The position numbers were made by a program, and so were the translations under genes. A stretch of 64,000 bases of DNA from Syntrophales bacterium (GTDB lineage Bacteria > Desulfobacterota > Syntrophia > Syntrophales > UBA2210), in the NCBI GenBank assembly GCA_963662405.2, contig CAXXKT010000001.1, positions 256,001 to 320,000 on the forward strand, in the 5' to 3' direction. Shown in pieces: positions 20,141 to 30,747 of the stretch. Positions within the stretch are counted from its first letter, which is position 1; every line of letters begins with the position of its first letter. Below the pieces are notes generated by a model. It searched no databases. It had not been told where the DNA came from and saw nothing but the letters and a program-made list of their open reading frames with translations.

Positions 20141-23100
20141 ATGAAAGACATCATCAAGCAATTATGGCTCGTGGTCACCCTTATTGCCGTGGCATCATTC
20201 GTCCTGTTGATCTCGGACCGGGGACAACGGGTCAATCACGCAAAAACGAATCTAAGGCACCCGTCGATCGCCATCATGCAGATATCCTCCACCCCCCTTC
20301 TGGATTCCTATGTCTCCGGCGTGATCAGCCGTCTGGACGCAAAGGGGTACCGGGCACCGAATGGAAAAAATCTCCATCTCTATAACCCGCAGGGAGACTT
20401 CAGCACGGCCAATACCATGGCCCGCGATATCGCCAACGGACCCTGCAATATGGTCATTACGGCCAGCACCGTGGCCCTGCAGGTGTTCGCAAAGGCCAAT
20501 ATTTCCAAGCACAAGCGTCACGTATTCGGCGCCGTGACGGATCCGTACGGCGCGGGCGTCGGCATTACCGGTCCCGATGCGGATCAGCATCCTCCCTATA
20601 TGGCGGGTGTCGGCACCTTCCAGCCGGTCAAGGGTGCAATCAGAATCGCCCATGACATGAATCCCGGACTCACGCGACTGGGGGTGGTCTGGAACCCCGG
20701 CGAGCAGTGTTCGGAGGCCTGTCTGAGAGAGGCTCGGGAGGTCTGCAGAGAACTGAAAATCGACCTTGTCGAAGCGACGGCGACCAACACCTCGGAGGTA
20801 TCCGAGGCGGCACGGGTCCTGATCGCACAGCGGATCGATGCCGTCTGGGTCGGGGGGGATACCGTGGCCATCGCCTCCCTCGGGCTCATTATCAACCTGG
20901 CATCCCAGGCGCACATCCCGGTCTTTACCAATGATCCCATGGACGCGGCAAAAGGAGCCCTCTTCGGACTGGGGGCCGATTATTACACCGTGGGGCAGTA
21001 TGCCGGAGACATTGCCGTCGCCATCCTGGAAGGCAAAGCTCCGTCCACCTTCCGCATCGAGAACATGATCCCGGAACAGCTCCGCCTCAATCGTACGGTA
21101 CTCCAAACATTGAAAGATACCTGGACCGTCACTCCGTCCGTCAAGACATTGCTCACCCGGCAGGGAACAAAACCTCCTGAAAAAAAGCTGATCCCTGAGC
21201 CGGGGAAGACATACCGTATCGGACTGAGTTACTTTGTCCCGGCGCCCGTCTTCGAGATTGCAATCCGTGGATTCAAAGACGGGATGAAGGATCTGGGGTT
21301 TATCGAAGGAGACAACCTGGAGCTTGTTATCCGTCATGCCAACGGCGATATGTCACTCCTCCCCCAGATCATCACGGACCTGTGTCAACAGAACCCGGAC
21401 CTCCTCGTAGCCATGTCCACCCCCTGCCTAGGCAGTGCCATTGCCCACGCGGAGAGACTGAACATCGTATTCGGGATTGTATCCGCTCCCTTGGCAACCG
21501 GTGCGGGGAAGAGTTTTGACGATCACCTGCCGCAGGTAACCGGGATCGTTCAGCTCACCCCCACCGAGGAGCTTTTCGACTGGACCCGGAAGCTCTTCCC
21601 CCGGGCACGACAGATCGGCGTCCTCTACAATCCGTCGGAAGCAAATTCCGTCAAAGAGATCGGTGATCTGAAAAAAATTCTCGATAGAATGGACATAAAA
21701 CTGACCACGGTGGCCACGTACAGTACCAGTGAGATCCCCGAAAATATACGGGGACTCCTGACCAAGGATGTGGATCTGGTCTTTTCCATGGCCGACAACA
21801 CCGTCGCCAATGGTATGCCAGCCATTGTGAAGGCCTGCGGACAACAGGGAATACCGCTGATCGCCGAGGATAGCTCTCTCATGGGAACGGGCGCCGTTCT
21901 CTCCTGTGCCCCCGGTCCCTACGGCGACGGGCGCAACCTTGCCCGGCTGACGGCCCGGATCCTGCTGGGCGAATCACCGGCCCATATCCCCATCACCCCC
22001 GGCAAAAAGAACGAGCTGGCAGTGGATCTCGCAGCTATGAAAAAAGTGGGTGTCACGGCACCAATCCAACTTATCAAGCGGGCGGATGTCTTGTTCCATG
22101 TCCGTTCGGCTGGTGCACCCCCCGCGCGGATCGCCCTCGTGAACCTGGTGGAGAATCCTCCACTCATTGAGGCGATTCACGGGGTGGAGACGACCCTGTC
22201 CAAGATGGGGCTGCGGGAAGGAACGGATTTCGTCCTCACAAAATACTGCGCCCAGGGAGACATGTCGCAGCTCTCCCAGATCCTGGACACGGTCCGGACG
22301 GACAGGCCCGACGCACTTATCACCGTTACCACACCGGTCCTCATGGCTGCCGTTAAGAAAAGATTTTCATTTCCCTTGATCTTTACGGTCGCCAGCGACC
22401 CGGTCAAACTGGGGCTGTTCCAGGAGGGGCGACCGGACAATGTCTGCGGCATCCATGACGATCCGCCGGTGGACCAGGTCCTGGAAATGGCCAAAATCCA
22501 TGACCCCTTATTGAACCGCGTGGGGATTATCTATGACGCCTCACAGATGAATTCCCTCATCTCCGTCGAGAAGCTCCGGAAGGCCGGTAAAGAGCAGCAG
22601 GTGAAAATCCTGGAGGCAACAGCCTCCACCGTTTCGGATCTTCCCATGGCGACCCGGTCCGTGATCCAGCGCGGTGCCCGCGCCCTGATTCTCTCCGCGG
22701 ACAATCTGGTCACCACCGGTTTCCCGGCCATACATAAGGCCGCCCAGGAGGCGGGGATTCCCGTTTACGTCACCGAGGTCGATCTGGTAAAAAAGGGGGC
22801 CACGGGCGGGATCGGCGACAGCTACTTAGAGTGGGGGCAGCAGTCCGGACGGTTGGCGGTACAGGTTATTGCCGGCGTTCCTCCCTCGGATCTTCCTGTT
22901 ATGCCGACCCGGATCTACCACCGGATCGAACCCGCTGAAAAGAACCGTGATCCACGGACCGAGCCCTTGAAACTGCGCATTGTCCTCTACAGTGAAACGG
23001 AGTTTGCCGAACGGTGCCGGGACGGACTCATCGACGGGATCAACAAGGCCGGGTACGCGGAGGGGAAGGATTATATCCTGCGTCTCTACAACGCTCAGGG

Positions 23101-23863
23101 GGACATGTCCACCCTGTCCAGCATCATGACGGCCATCAAGGCGGACCGGGTGGATCTGCTCATGGTCATCTCGACCCCGACGCTCCAGGCCGCCCTGCGC
23201 CTCGCCGGTGAGGAAACAAAGGTCGTCTTTACCGCTGTGGGAGACGGCGTGCGTGCCGGCGCGGGGAAGAACGAAACGGACCACCTCCCGAATGTGACCG
23301 GCATCAGCACCCGATCACCCTTTGACGGCATGGCGCGGCTCATCAAGGAGACGGTGCCTCACGTCACCCGTGTGGGGACCCTCTTTACCCCGGCGGAGAT
23401 CAACAGTGTCCTGTACAAAGACTGGTTCAAGGAGGCCCTCACAAAAGAGGGGATCGAGCTGGTTGCCGTCCCCGTCACCTCCAGCGCCGATGTGGCACAA
23501 TCGGCCATAGAACTCTGCGGCACGGATATCGGGCTCGTGGCACAGATCGTGGACAATTTGACACGGCCGGGGTTCGCCCTCATCGCCCGGAAGGCCGCCG
23601 AGCAGAATCTCCCCGTCTATGTCTTCGACAGCGACCAGATGAAAGACGGCGGGATTCTGTGCCTTGCCCGTGATTACTACAACGCCGGTCTCGAAGCGGC
23701 TGAAAAGGCCGTTCGGATCCTGCGGGGGGAAAACCCGGAAAACATACCATTCAATAATACCCAATCGGAAAAATTGATACTCAACCTCGAACTGGCGGAG
23801 AAGTATAACCTGATTGTCTCAGACGAATTACGAAAGAAGGCAACGACATATAAACAGGAATAA
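20141..23863 (+). CDS. ABC transporter substrate-binding protein with four tandem ABC_sub_bind-like domains
   Basis: Four repeats of (N/C)AQGDxS...(F/I)xxVxDP...GxxYNPxExNS...DN-type motifs; N-terminal anchor. Confidence 0.88.
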   Translation: MKDIIKQLWLVVTLIAVASFVLLISDRGQRVNHAKTNLRHPSIAIMQISSTPLLDSYVSGVISRLDAKGYRAPNGKNLHLYNPQGDFSTANTMARDIANGPCNMVITASTVALQVFAKANISKHKRHVFGAVTDPYGAGVGITGPDADQHPPYMAGVGTFQPVKGAIRIAHDMNPGLTRLGVVWNPGEQCSEACLREAREVCRELKIDLVEATATNTSEVSEAARVLIAQRIDAVWVGGDTVAIASLGLIINLASQAHIPVFTNDPMDAAKGALFGLGADYYTVGQYAGDIAVAILEGKAPSTFRIENMIPEQLRLNRTVLQTLKDTWTVTPSVKTLLTRQGTKPPEKKLIPEPGKTYRIGLSYFVPAPVFEIAIRGFKDGMKDLGFIEGDNLELVIRHANGDMSLLPQIITDLCQQNPDLLVAMSTPCLGSAIAHAERLNIVFGIVSAPLATGAGKSFDDHLPQVTGIVQLTPTEELFDWTRKLFPRARQIGVLYNPSEANSVKEIGDLKKILDRMDIKLTTVATYSTSEIPENIRGLLTKDVDLVFSMADNTVANGMPAIVKACGQQGIPLIAEDSSLMGTGAVLSCAPGPYGDGRNLARLTARILLGESPAHIPITPGKKNELAVDLAAMKKVGVTAPIQLIKRADVLFHVRSAGAPPARIALVNLVENPPLIEAIHGVETTLSKMGLREGTDFVLTKYCAQGDMSQLSQILDTVRTDRPDALITVTTPVLMAAVKKRFSFPLIFTVASDPVKLGLFQEGRPDNVCGIHDDPPVDQVLEMAKIHDPLLNRVGIIYDASQMNSLISVEKLRKAGKEQQVKILEATASTVSDLPMATRSVIQRGARALILSADNLVTTGFPAIHKAAQEAGIPVYVTEVDLVKKGATGGIGDSYLEWGQQSGRLAVQVIAGVPPSDLPVMPTRIYHRIEPAEKNRDPRTEPLKLRIVLYSETEFAERCRDGLIDGINKAGYAEGKDYILRLYNAQGDMSTLSSIMTAIKADRVDLLMVISTPTLQAALRLAGEETKVVFTAVGDGVRAGAGKNETDHLPNVTGISTRSPFDGMARLIKETVPHVTRVGTLFTPAEINSVLYKDWFKEALTKEGIELVAVPVTSSADVAQSAIELCGTDIGLVAQIVDNLTRPGFALIARKAAEQNLPVYVFDSDQMKDGGILCLARDYYNAGLEAAEKAVRILRGENPENIPFNNTQSEKLILNLELAEKYNLIVSDELRKKATTYKQE

Positions 23864-23878
23864 CAAGCAGGGAAAATC

Positions 23879-25108
23879 ATGAAGATAGAACAGGAACAAC
23901 GGGGGAGATATCTCCTCATACGGGCGGAGGGGCGGCTCGATGCCTCATGGGCCGATTATTTTACCGATACCCTCCTGCTCCATATCCGGAACGGCCGGCA
24001 TAACCTGGTCATCGATGCCTCGAAAATGATCTTCCTCAGTTCCGCCGGGATCCGAGCACTCTTACGGGTCTTCAAGGAACTCAAAACGGTCCGGGGCAGC
24101 TTTCTCGTTGTGAATCCCACCCCCTTCGTCGAGCAGACGCTGAGCACATCCGGGTTTCAGATGTGGCTGGGAGAAGGACCACCGGAGGATATGCCGGCGG
24201 CCGGATCGGGTGGCCGGGAGAACGAAGCCGAAACGGACGGGATGCACCATTTCGTTCTCAATGAAACGGCATCGTTGACCCTTTCAGAAGAAGCGGTCTG
24301 GCATCCCTGGCAACGGGTGGATGCCCGTGCGGTTACAACGCTGACGTGTTCGCCGGATATCTGTGCCTTCGGCATCGGGAGTTCGGCCCCCACCTTCGAG
24401 GAAGCACGTGATCGGTTCGGTGAATTTCTCTCTGTTGCCGGAAACGTGGTCTATCAGCCGCCCGATGAACAGGGACATCCCGATTATCTCGTTTCCGAAA
24501 GGCAGTTTGTTCCCCGGATGCAGTGTATCCAGCTCCTGAGCTGCCGCGGCGAGATGGGACACCTGATCCGTTTCGCACCCACGGCGAATACATCTTTTTT
24601 CCCTATGTCGGCCTTGGTGGAAAAGATGCTGGAGACGACACAGGAAAAAGCGGCGGGATTTGTCATGCTGGGAGAGATCGAGGGCCTGGTGGGGACCGCC
24701 CTGATACGCTCACCCGGACTGCTGGATCAATCGCAAGATGTTCCTTTCCCGGAGATCCGGGACTGGCTCACCTTCTGTGGCGAGCGGTTGTACTCCCACC
24801 AGCAGGCACTAATTCTGGGGATTGCAGGACGATCAGAAGGGATGGGCGAAAGGACCTTGTGTCCTCCCCTGCCATCCTGTTCGGGGGTGTCAGCCCACAT
24901 CCATGCCGCCGTTTTCCCCTATCAGCCCCTGCAGAACGGAAAGATCGAACGGGGACCGGCCGTCAATAAATTTTTCAGCGGTCCTCCTCCCCTGGCCGTC
25001 ATGCACCTGGCGGATGATGCCCGCCCGGTGGTGGGGCTGGGGCAAAGCGCTCTGAGTCGCGGAGCCTGCTGGTTCGGTCCGATACACAACCTGGAGGTGT
25101 TATCATGA
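23879..25108 (+). CDS. STAS (anti-sigma-factor antagonist) domain fused to an unknown ~290-aa C-terminal domain
   Basis: EGRLDA, FLSSAGIRAL. Confidence 0.8.
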   Translation: MKIEQEQRGRYLLIRAEGRLDASWADYFTDTLLLHIRNGRHNLVIDASKMIFLSSAGIRALLRVFKELKTVRGSFLVVNPTPFVEQTLSTSGFQMWLGEGPPEDMPAAGSGGRENEAETDGMHHFVLNETASLTLSEEAVWHPWQRVDARAVTTLTCSPDICAFGIGSSAPTFEEARDRFGEFLSVAGNVVYQPPDEQGHPDYLVSERQFVPRMQCIQLLSCRGEMGHLIRFAPTANTSFFPMSALVEKMLETTQEKAAGFVMLGEIEGLVGTALIRSPGLLDQSQDVPFPEIRDWLTFCGERLYSHQQALILGIAGRSEGMGERTLCPPLPSCSGVSAHIHAAVFPYQPLQNGKIERGPAVNKFFSGPPPLAVMHLADDARPVVGLGQSALSRGACWFGPIHNLEVLS

Positions 25109-26046
25109 GTCTGGTCATCGGCGCCTTTACCATGGGGCTCATTCTCTCCCTCTTGTCTCTGGGAATGCTCATCAGTTTCAGGATGGTCAGATTTACCGAC
25201 ATTACGGTGGACGGTTCCATTACACTGGGGGCTTCCATTTCCGCATTGCTTATCGTTCACGGATATTCTCCCTGGGTGGCGCTCTTGGTATCAACTCTCG
25301 GCGGCGCGCTGGCGGGTTCCATCACCGGTATTCTCTACACACGCTTCAAGATTCAGGAGATCCTGTCCGGAATCCTCGTGATGACGGCATTGTACTCCAT
25401 CAATCTGCGAGTCATGGGACGAAGCAATATCCCCCTTCTGGACACCAACACCGTCTCCGGGGGGATAGAGCGCATACTGACCGGTCTGACCGGCGGAGCA
25501 CCAATCGGACTGCTGGGGTGGCAGGTGCCGGTCGGTGATATGGCCGTTTTCGTGAGTTGCATCATTATCTGTACCGGTGTGGGGATCCTCCTCTGTCGTT
25601 TTCTCCTGACCCATTACGGCACAGCCCTGAGGGCGGCCGGGAACAATCCGCAAATGGTCCGGGCCCAGGGGGTCAATAATCATACAGTCGTCGTTTTCAG
25701 CCTTGCCCTGGCAAACGGACTGGTGGCACTCTCCGGATCACTCCTGGCCCAATATCAGGGATTCGCCGATGTGCAGATGGGGATCGGCATGATGGTCTGG
25801 GGGCTGGCGAGCATTATCATCGGGGAGGCCTTCGTCGGTCGTGACAGCGGTCTGGGCCTGACGATCGTCGGAGTCATCCTGGGGACCATCCTCTTTCGCC
25901 TTCTCATAGCCATTGCGCTCCGCTGGGGGCTAAATCCCAACGACCTGAAGCTGGTCACGGCACTCTTCGTCTTCCTGGCCCTCGTCGCCCCCGGATGGTT
26001 CAAGGCCCTGAGCAGAAAGATCACAGGGGGGGTACGCCATGCTTGA
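25105..26046 (+). CDS. ABC transporter permease
   Basis: DITVDGSITLG, LYSINLRVMG, QYQGFADVQMG. Confidence 0.92.
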   Translation: MSLVIGAFTMGLILSLLSLGMLISFRMVRFTDITVDGSITLGASISALLIVHGYSPWVALLVSTLGGALAGSITGILYTRFKIQEILSGILVMTALYSINLRVMGRSNIPLLDTNTVSGGIERILTGLTGGAPIGLLGWQVPVGDMAVFVSCIIICTGVGILLCRFLLTHYGTALRAAGNNPQMVRAQGVNNHTVVVFSLALANGLVALSGSLLAQYQGFADVQMGIGMMVWGLASIIIGEAFVGRDSGLGLTIVGVILGTILFRLLIAIALRWGLNPNDLKLVTALFVFLALVAPGWFKALSRKITGGVRHA

Positions 26047-26851
26047 GATACAGACCCTGTCGAAGACGTTCCTGCCGAACACCTCCAATGAGGTCCGCGC
26101 CCTGCAGGATGTCAATCTTACGATAGAAGAGGGGAGTTTTACCGGTATCATCGGGACGAACGGTTCGGGAAAGAGTACCCTCCTGAATGCCGCCGCCGGC
26201 ACCTTCGAACCGGACGTGGGGACGATCCATCTTGATGGTCACGACATCACGCGCTGGCCCGAATACAAGCGCGCCTCCCTCATCGGGAGGGTCTTTCAGA
26301 ACCCCTTCGCGGGAACGGCCGCCGAGATGAGTATCGCAGAAAATATAGTGATTGCGATGAAGCGGGGAAAGTCACGGTCCCTCCGGCGCGCCGTCACCCG
26401 TGCCTTCCGGGATGAAGTCGCCGACCGGGTCCGGACACTGAAGATGGGTCTGGAAGACCGGCTCGACAATCCCATCGGGACTCTTTCCGGCGGGCAGAGG
26501 CAGGCGCTGACGCTTCTCATGGCCTCCTGGACGCGTCCCCAGCTTCTTTTATTGGATGAACATACGGCGGCCCTGGATCCGAAGAGCGCCGCCCAGGTGG
26601 CGGAACTCACCAAGGCAATCATCGAACGGGAAAAGTTGACGGCCCTCATGGTGACCCACTCCATGCAACAGGCCGTGGATCTGCCCGATCGGATCGTCAT
26701 GATGCACCGGGGAAGGATCATCGAGGATTTTCGAGATGAACGGAAACTGCGCGTGCGCGTCCCCGACCTTATGGCCACCTTTGATCGCGTCCGGAAACGG
26801 GAACTCTTCGACGAATCCGTCGCCGGGATCCTGGCTGAGCAATACCGCTAA
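26039..26851 (+). CDS. ABC transporter ATP-binding protein
   Basis: GTNGSGKST, LSGGQRQ, LLLDEHTAALDP. Confidence 0.95.
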   Translation: MLEIQTLSKTFLPNTSNEVRALQDVNLTIEEGSFTGIIGTNGSGKSTLLNAAAGTFEPDVGTIHLDGHDITRWPEYKRASLIGRVFQNPFAGTAAEMSIAENIVIAMKRGKSRSLRRAVTRAFRDEVADRVRTLKMGLEDRLDNPIGTLSGGQRQALTLLMASWTRPQLLLLDEHTAALDPKSAAQVAELTKAIIEREKLTALMVTHSMQQAVDLPDRIVMMHRGRIIEDFRDERKLRVRVPDLMATFDRVRKRELFDESVAGILAEQYR

Positions 26852-26860
26852 GGGAAACGG

Positions 26861-29071
26861 CTATCCCTGGTCGGCCAGAAAGGTATATCCCTTTTCCCTG
26901 AAGAGCCGCAGACAGGCATCGACCGCCTCGGGGTCGAACGTGGTTCCGCGACCGGTGGCGATCTCATCCAGTGCCGCATCGGCTCCGAGAGAGGCGCGAT
27001 AGGGACGATGCGACGCAATCGCCTCGACCACATCGGCCACGGCGATGATCCTCGACTCAAGCAGGATGTCCTCTCCCCGGAGACCACTCGGATACCCGCT
27101 CCCATCCATCCGTTCATGGTGTTCCAACACCATCCGGGCGACAGGCCAGGGAAATTCGATATCCTTCAGTATGTCATACCCGGAGCGGGGATGCATTTTT
27201 GTCAGGGAAAATTCCGTTTCAGAAAGTCGCGTTGGTTTGCTGAGTATCTCCGTGGGAACCGATATCTTCCCGATATCATGGATCGACGATGCCGTCCGAA
27301 TCCCGTCTATCCGCTCCTGAGACAACCCCATTTCCGTGGCGATGGACCGGGCGAGATCGGCCACCCTGCGCTGATGCCCTGCCGTATAGGGATCTCGCGT
27401 TTCGACAACGAGGGCCATGGCCTGGACGGTGGCCCCGACGGCCTTCCTCAACCGCTCCACGCTCAGTTTCCGCTCGGTGATATCACGGGCAACCCCCATG
27501 ATCGCGTACGGGGTGCCGTCATGATAGACAAGGGACGATCTGATTTCGAAATCCAGATATCTACCGTCCTTTCGCCGTATCTTATATTCCATTATTTCCT
27601 TTTGTAATCCGCCCTCCACGATCTCTTCAAGTTGCTGCAGGGCTTGCGGAAGCTGCTCCGGAGGTAGCAACGATGAAAAATCCATTGAGGAAATCTCCTC
27701 TCGATCATACCCCAACAGGTCAAGTGTATTTTGGTTGGCATCGAGGAAAGTGCCTTTCAGATCATGGCTGTAAATACATTCGAGGGAATGGTCAAAGAGG
27801 GACCGGAACCGTTCCTCGCTCTCCTTGACCGCCATCTCCGCTCGTTTTTGTTCGGTGAGGTCATCATATATGGCAACGATTTCTCCGGACGGCAGCTTAT
27901 AGACATAGTTCTCTCTCCAGCCTTCGATACGGCCGTCCTTGTACAGCTTAGCAGGATACCGTTCGGCCGTCCCGGTCTTCCAGACCCGCCGAAAGACATC
28001 GAACAGTCCCATATCATCAATACCGGGAAACACCTCTCGGACCGTTTGTCCAATAACGTCATCTCTTTCTATCTGATCCGCTTTTTCAGCCGACTTATTG
28101 AAGGCCCTGAATACAAAGTCTTCGCCATCTTCCACAACTTCATAGACGGCCACGCAACTGCTCATGTTTTCGAACAGTTCTGCAAATCGTTTTTCACTCT
28201 CCGCGATCGCCTCTTCAGCCCGTTTTTTGTCGGTAACATCCCTGAAATTGAGGATGATCGCCCCTATCTCCGGGTCACCCACCCGGTTGTTCCCGACGAT
28301 ATCGATCCACCGCCAGGAGCCGTCCCGGTGGTGGGCCCTCATCTCCGCCGTTTCGATGTTCCCCGTCTCCTCCAGCAGATGTGCCAACTTGGTTGCCATC
28401 ATGGGAATATCATCGGGATGGACGAACTGCTCCCACCCTTGCCCGATCATCTCCTCGGGCCGGTATCCGAGGATACGGTCAACGGCCTCTGATATATACA
28501 GGAATGTGCCTTCAGGGGAAAAGAGTGAGAGGGCGTCCATGCTGTTCTGGACCATCTTCCGGAATCGTTCCTCATCCTTTCTGATGGTCTTCTCCACCAG
28601 CTTCCGTTCGGTGAGGTCACGGGAGATACCCTGGACGCCCACGATCCGTTCCCCCTCGTAGATGGCACTCATGTTGATTTCTACGGTTATGACGCGTCCA
28701 TTCCCTGCCTTGTAGCTCAATTCATAGGGCGTTACCGTCTTGCCCTGCAATGCCTCTTCAAATTTCTTCCCTATCCTCCCCCGATCTTCAGGCTCTACAA
28801 CATCAAGAAAACGAAGGGCATAAAATGTATCCGGGGCAAGACCCGACCTGTCCACTATTGCGCTGTTCACGAACGTGTAATAGCCATTCCTGTCGAGCCT
28901 GAAGACCCCGTCGCTGACACGGTCCACGAGATCCTGAAAATCTCTTTCATTTTCCTGCCGTGACGGCGCCTTCGTGTCCCCCCTCTCCTCAAGACCGGAA
29001 GCCCGACGGCGTAACGCGGCCAGTTCCGCGACAAGGTCCTTTTTTGTCCTGGCTTCGTCCTTCATAGTCAT
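26861..29071 (-). CDS. Multi-PAS HD-GYP phosphodiesterase
   Basis: Four PAS/PAC repeats; HDIGK, HHERMDGSGYP, HRPYR. Confidence 0.93.
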   Translation of the reverse strand: MTMKDEARTKKDLVAELAALRRRASGLEERGDTKAPSRQENERDFQDLVDRVSDGVFRLDRNGYYTFVNSAIVDRSGLAPDTFYALRFLDVVEPEDRGRIGKKFEEALQGKTVTPYELSYKAGNGRVITVEINMSAIYEGERIVGVQGISRDLTERKLVEKTIRKDEERFRKMVQNSMDALSLFSPEGTFLYISEAVDRILGYRPEEMIGQGWEQFVHPDDIPMMATKLAHLLEETGNIETAEMRAHHRDGSWRWIDIVGNNRVGDPEIGAIILNFRDVTDKKRAEEAIAESEKRFAELFENMSSCVAVYEVVEDGEDFVFRAFNKSAEKADQIERDDVIGQTVREVFPGIDDMGLFDVFRRVWKTGTAERYPAKLYKDGRIEGWRENYVYKLPSGEIVAIYDDLTEQKRAEMAVKESEERFRSLFDHSLECIYSHDLKGTFLDANQNTLDLLGYDREEISSMDFSSLLPPEQLPQALQQLEEIVEGGLQKEIMEYKIRRKDGRYLDFEIRSSLVYHDGTPYAIMGVARDITERKLSVERLRKAVGATVQAMALVVETRDPYTAGHQRRVADLARSIATEMGLSQERIDGIRTASSIHDIGKISVPTEILSKPTRLSETEFSLTKMHPRSGYDILKDIEFPWPVARMVLEHHERMDGSGYPSGLRGEDILLESRIIAVADVVEAIASHRPYRASLGADAALDEIATGRGTTFDPEAVDACLRLFREKGYTFLADQG

Positions 29072-29511
29072 ACCCTCCCAGACAAGAACACCTCCTCGAT
29101 AATAAATACGGTCTCTTTGTGAATAACCGGGGATGGGATCGAATGGGATGTCCCCTCGACAAGGGGAACAAAGGGAAAGGCAGCATGCGGGTGTCTTGTA
29201 TGCTTCATATGAGAGCTAATGTAGTACCAAATAGAATAAAGTCAAGGAAAAGATTCAGTGTTTCTACAACCACGGCAGGAATCCGAAAAATACGGAGGCG
29301 GGACGCAGCCCGTCTGACAGCCTCGCTTCGGCTCCGCACCATACCCGCAGGGTGGCACAATCTTTTGTTATGATTATACCCATAAGTCGGGGATACAAGA
29401 ATGATCGAACAGGCGAGGTCTCCCGCTCACGGAAAAAAGGATGGGTGACAGGGACGAAACGCCGCCCATCACCCAATCCTTTCCGAACCAACACTCTCCG
29501 ATGAGAGGCGC

Positions 29512-29922
29512 TTACGCGACCTTCACTTTGATCTGGCGTGGTTTCGCCGCTTCCACCTTGGGCAGCCTCAGGCGGAGGACACCGTCCTTCATCTCGGCAT
29601 CGATCTTCGCCTGATCGATGATCTGCGAAAGCCTGAACTGACGGTAGTATCGTCCCGTCCGGTACTCCCTGAGCACGTCCACCTCATCGGACCCTTCGGG
29701 AGATTGTACCTCACTGTCGAGGGTAAGGACATTTTCATGGAGATCGATGTTCAGGTCTCCGGCCTTCACACCGGGCATGTCGGCCAGCACGGTGATTTCA
29801 TGCTCCGTCTCGAAGATATCCACCGCCGGGGTAAAGACCACTCCCGGTTTCGTCTGCTCGGCGGGTTCGGTCACTTCCGCCTTTTCTTTTGCCTGAAGGG
29901 CTTTCATTTCCCTGTCTGTCAT
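29512..29922 (-). CDS. Hsp20 small heat-shock protein
   Basis: PAVDIFE, ADMPGV, KDGVL...LPK. Confidence 0.92.
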   Translation of the reverse strand: MTDREMKALQAKEKAEVTEPAEQTKPGVVFTPAVDIFETEHEITVLADMPGVKAGDLNIDLHENVLTLDSEVQSPEGSDEVDVLREYRTGRYYRQFRLSQIIDQAKIDAEMKDGVLRLRLPKVEAAKPRQIKVKVA

Positions 29923-29947
29923 CTCACATCACTCCTTTCACATCGAT

Positions 29948-30412
29948 TTAGGAAGTCTTGACGGTAATCTGTTTGGGTTTCACAGCCTCCGCTTTCGGGA
30001 GGGTTACCGTGAGGAGCCCGTCCTTGCAACGCGCATTCACCTTCCCCGTATCCACTTGAGCGGGCAGGGTGATAATCCTGTTGAATCGCCCCGCTTCCCT
30101 CTCCCTGCGATGATATTTCGCCTTCTCATCCTCGGCCGGGAGCTTTCGCTCGCCCGCGATGGTGAGCGTATCCCCCGTTACGGAGATGTCCAGATTATCG
30201 GCCGTGAGGCCGGGAAGCTCGGCACGGACGTAGAAGTGTTCCTTACCTTCGGTTATATTCATCAGAGGGAATACGCCTGCCGTGGGCGTCCCCAACGGGC
30301 CTCGTGAGAGGCCGCTACTCAGCCAGTCCATCTGCCTTCTCATACGTTCCAGCTCCTGAAGTGGACTCGTCCAGCCCCATGTGGGCCAATCGGTTCTGCT
30401 TCTCAACAACAT
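29948..30412 (-). CDS. Hsp20 small heat-shock protein
   Basis: FPLMNI, AELPG, RERE.GRF.R, KDGLL...LPK. Confidence 0.92.
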   Translation of the reverse strand: MLLRSRTDWPTWGWTSPLQELERMRRQMDWLSSGLSRGPLGTPTAGVFPLMNITEGKEHFYVRAELPGLTADNLDISVTGDTLTIAGERKLPAEDEKAKYHRREREAGRFNRIITLPAQVDTGKVNARCKDGLLTVTLPKAEAVKPKQITVKTS

Positions 30413-30528
30413 GACACATCACTCCTTTCATTCCTTTTTATGTTTTGCAGCCTGACAGCAAAAAGCCCCAAAAACAGCATCAAAAAATCCGAAAAGAACG
30501 ACTTTGATCAGCTATTATCAGAGCTTCG

Positions 30529-30590
30529 TCAGTGATCACTGATGGATGGATATCCTGATTAAAAGGTAATCAGGATTTTCAGATTGTCAA
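30529..30590 (-). promoter_or_regulatory. Probable promoter of the Hsp20 pair with overlapping inverted repeats
   Basis: TTGACA at 30590-30585; ATCCTGATTA-N5-TAATCAGGAT at 30552-30576; palindrome TCAGTGATCACTGA at 30529-30542. Confidence 0.55.
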
Positions 30591-30747
30591 GAGGAAGCAA
30601 ACCGCGCAGATATTCCGACGGGTTGCACGTTTCATCTCTTGAAAGACCGGCAGGCACATCACACCCCGGAACACCCGGCACATTGATACGGAAAGCGTCT
30701 CCGGTTTTCCCGACAGCTATGCATTTGATTTCTCGCGCTTTCTTCTC

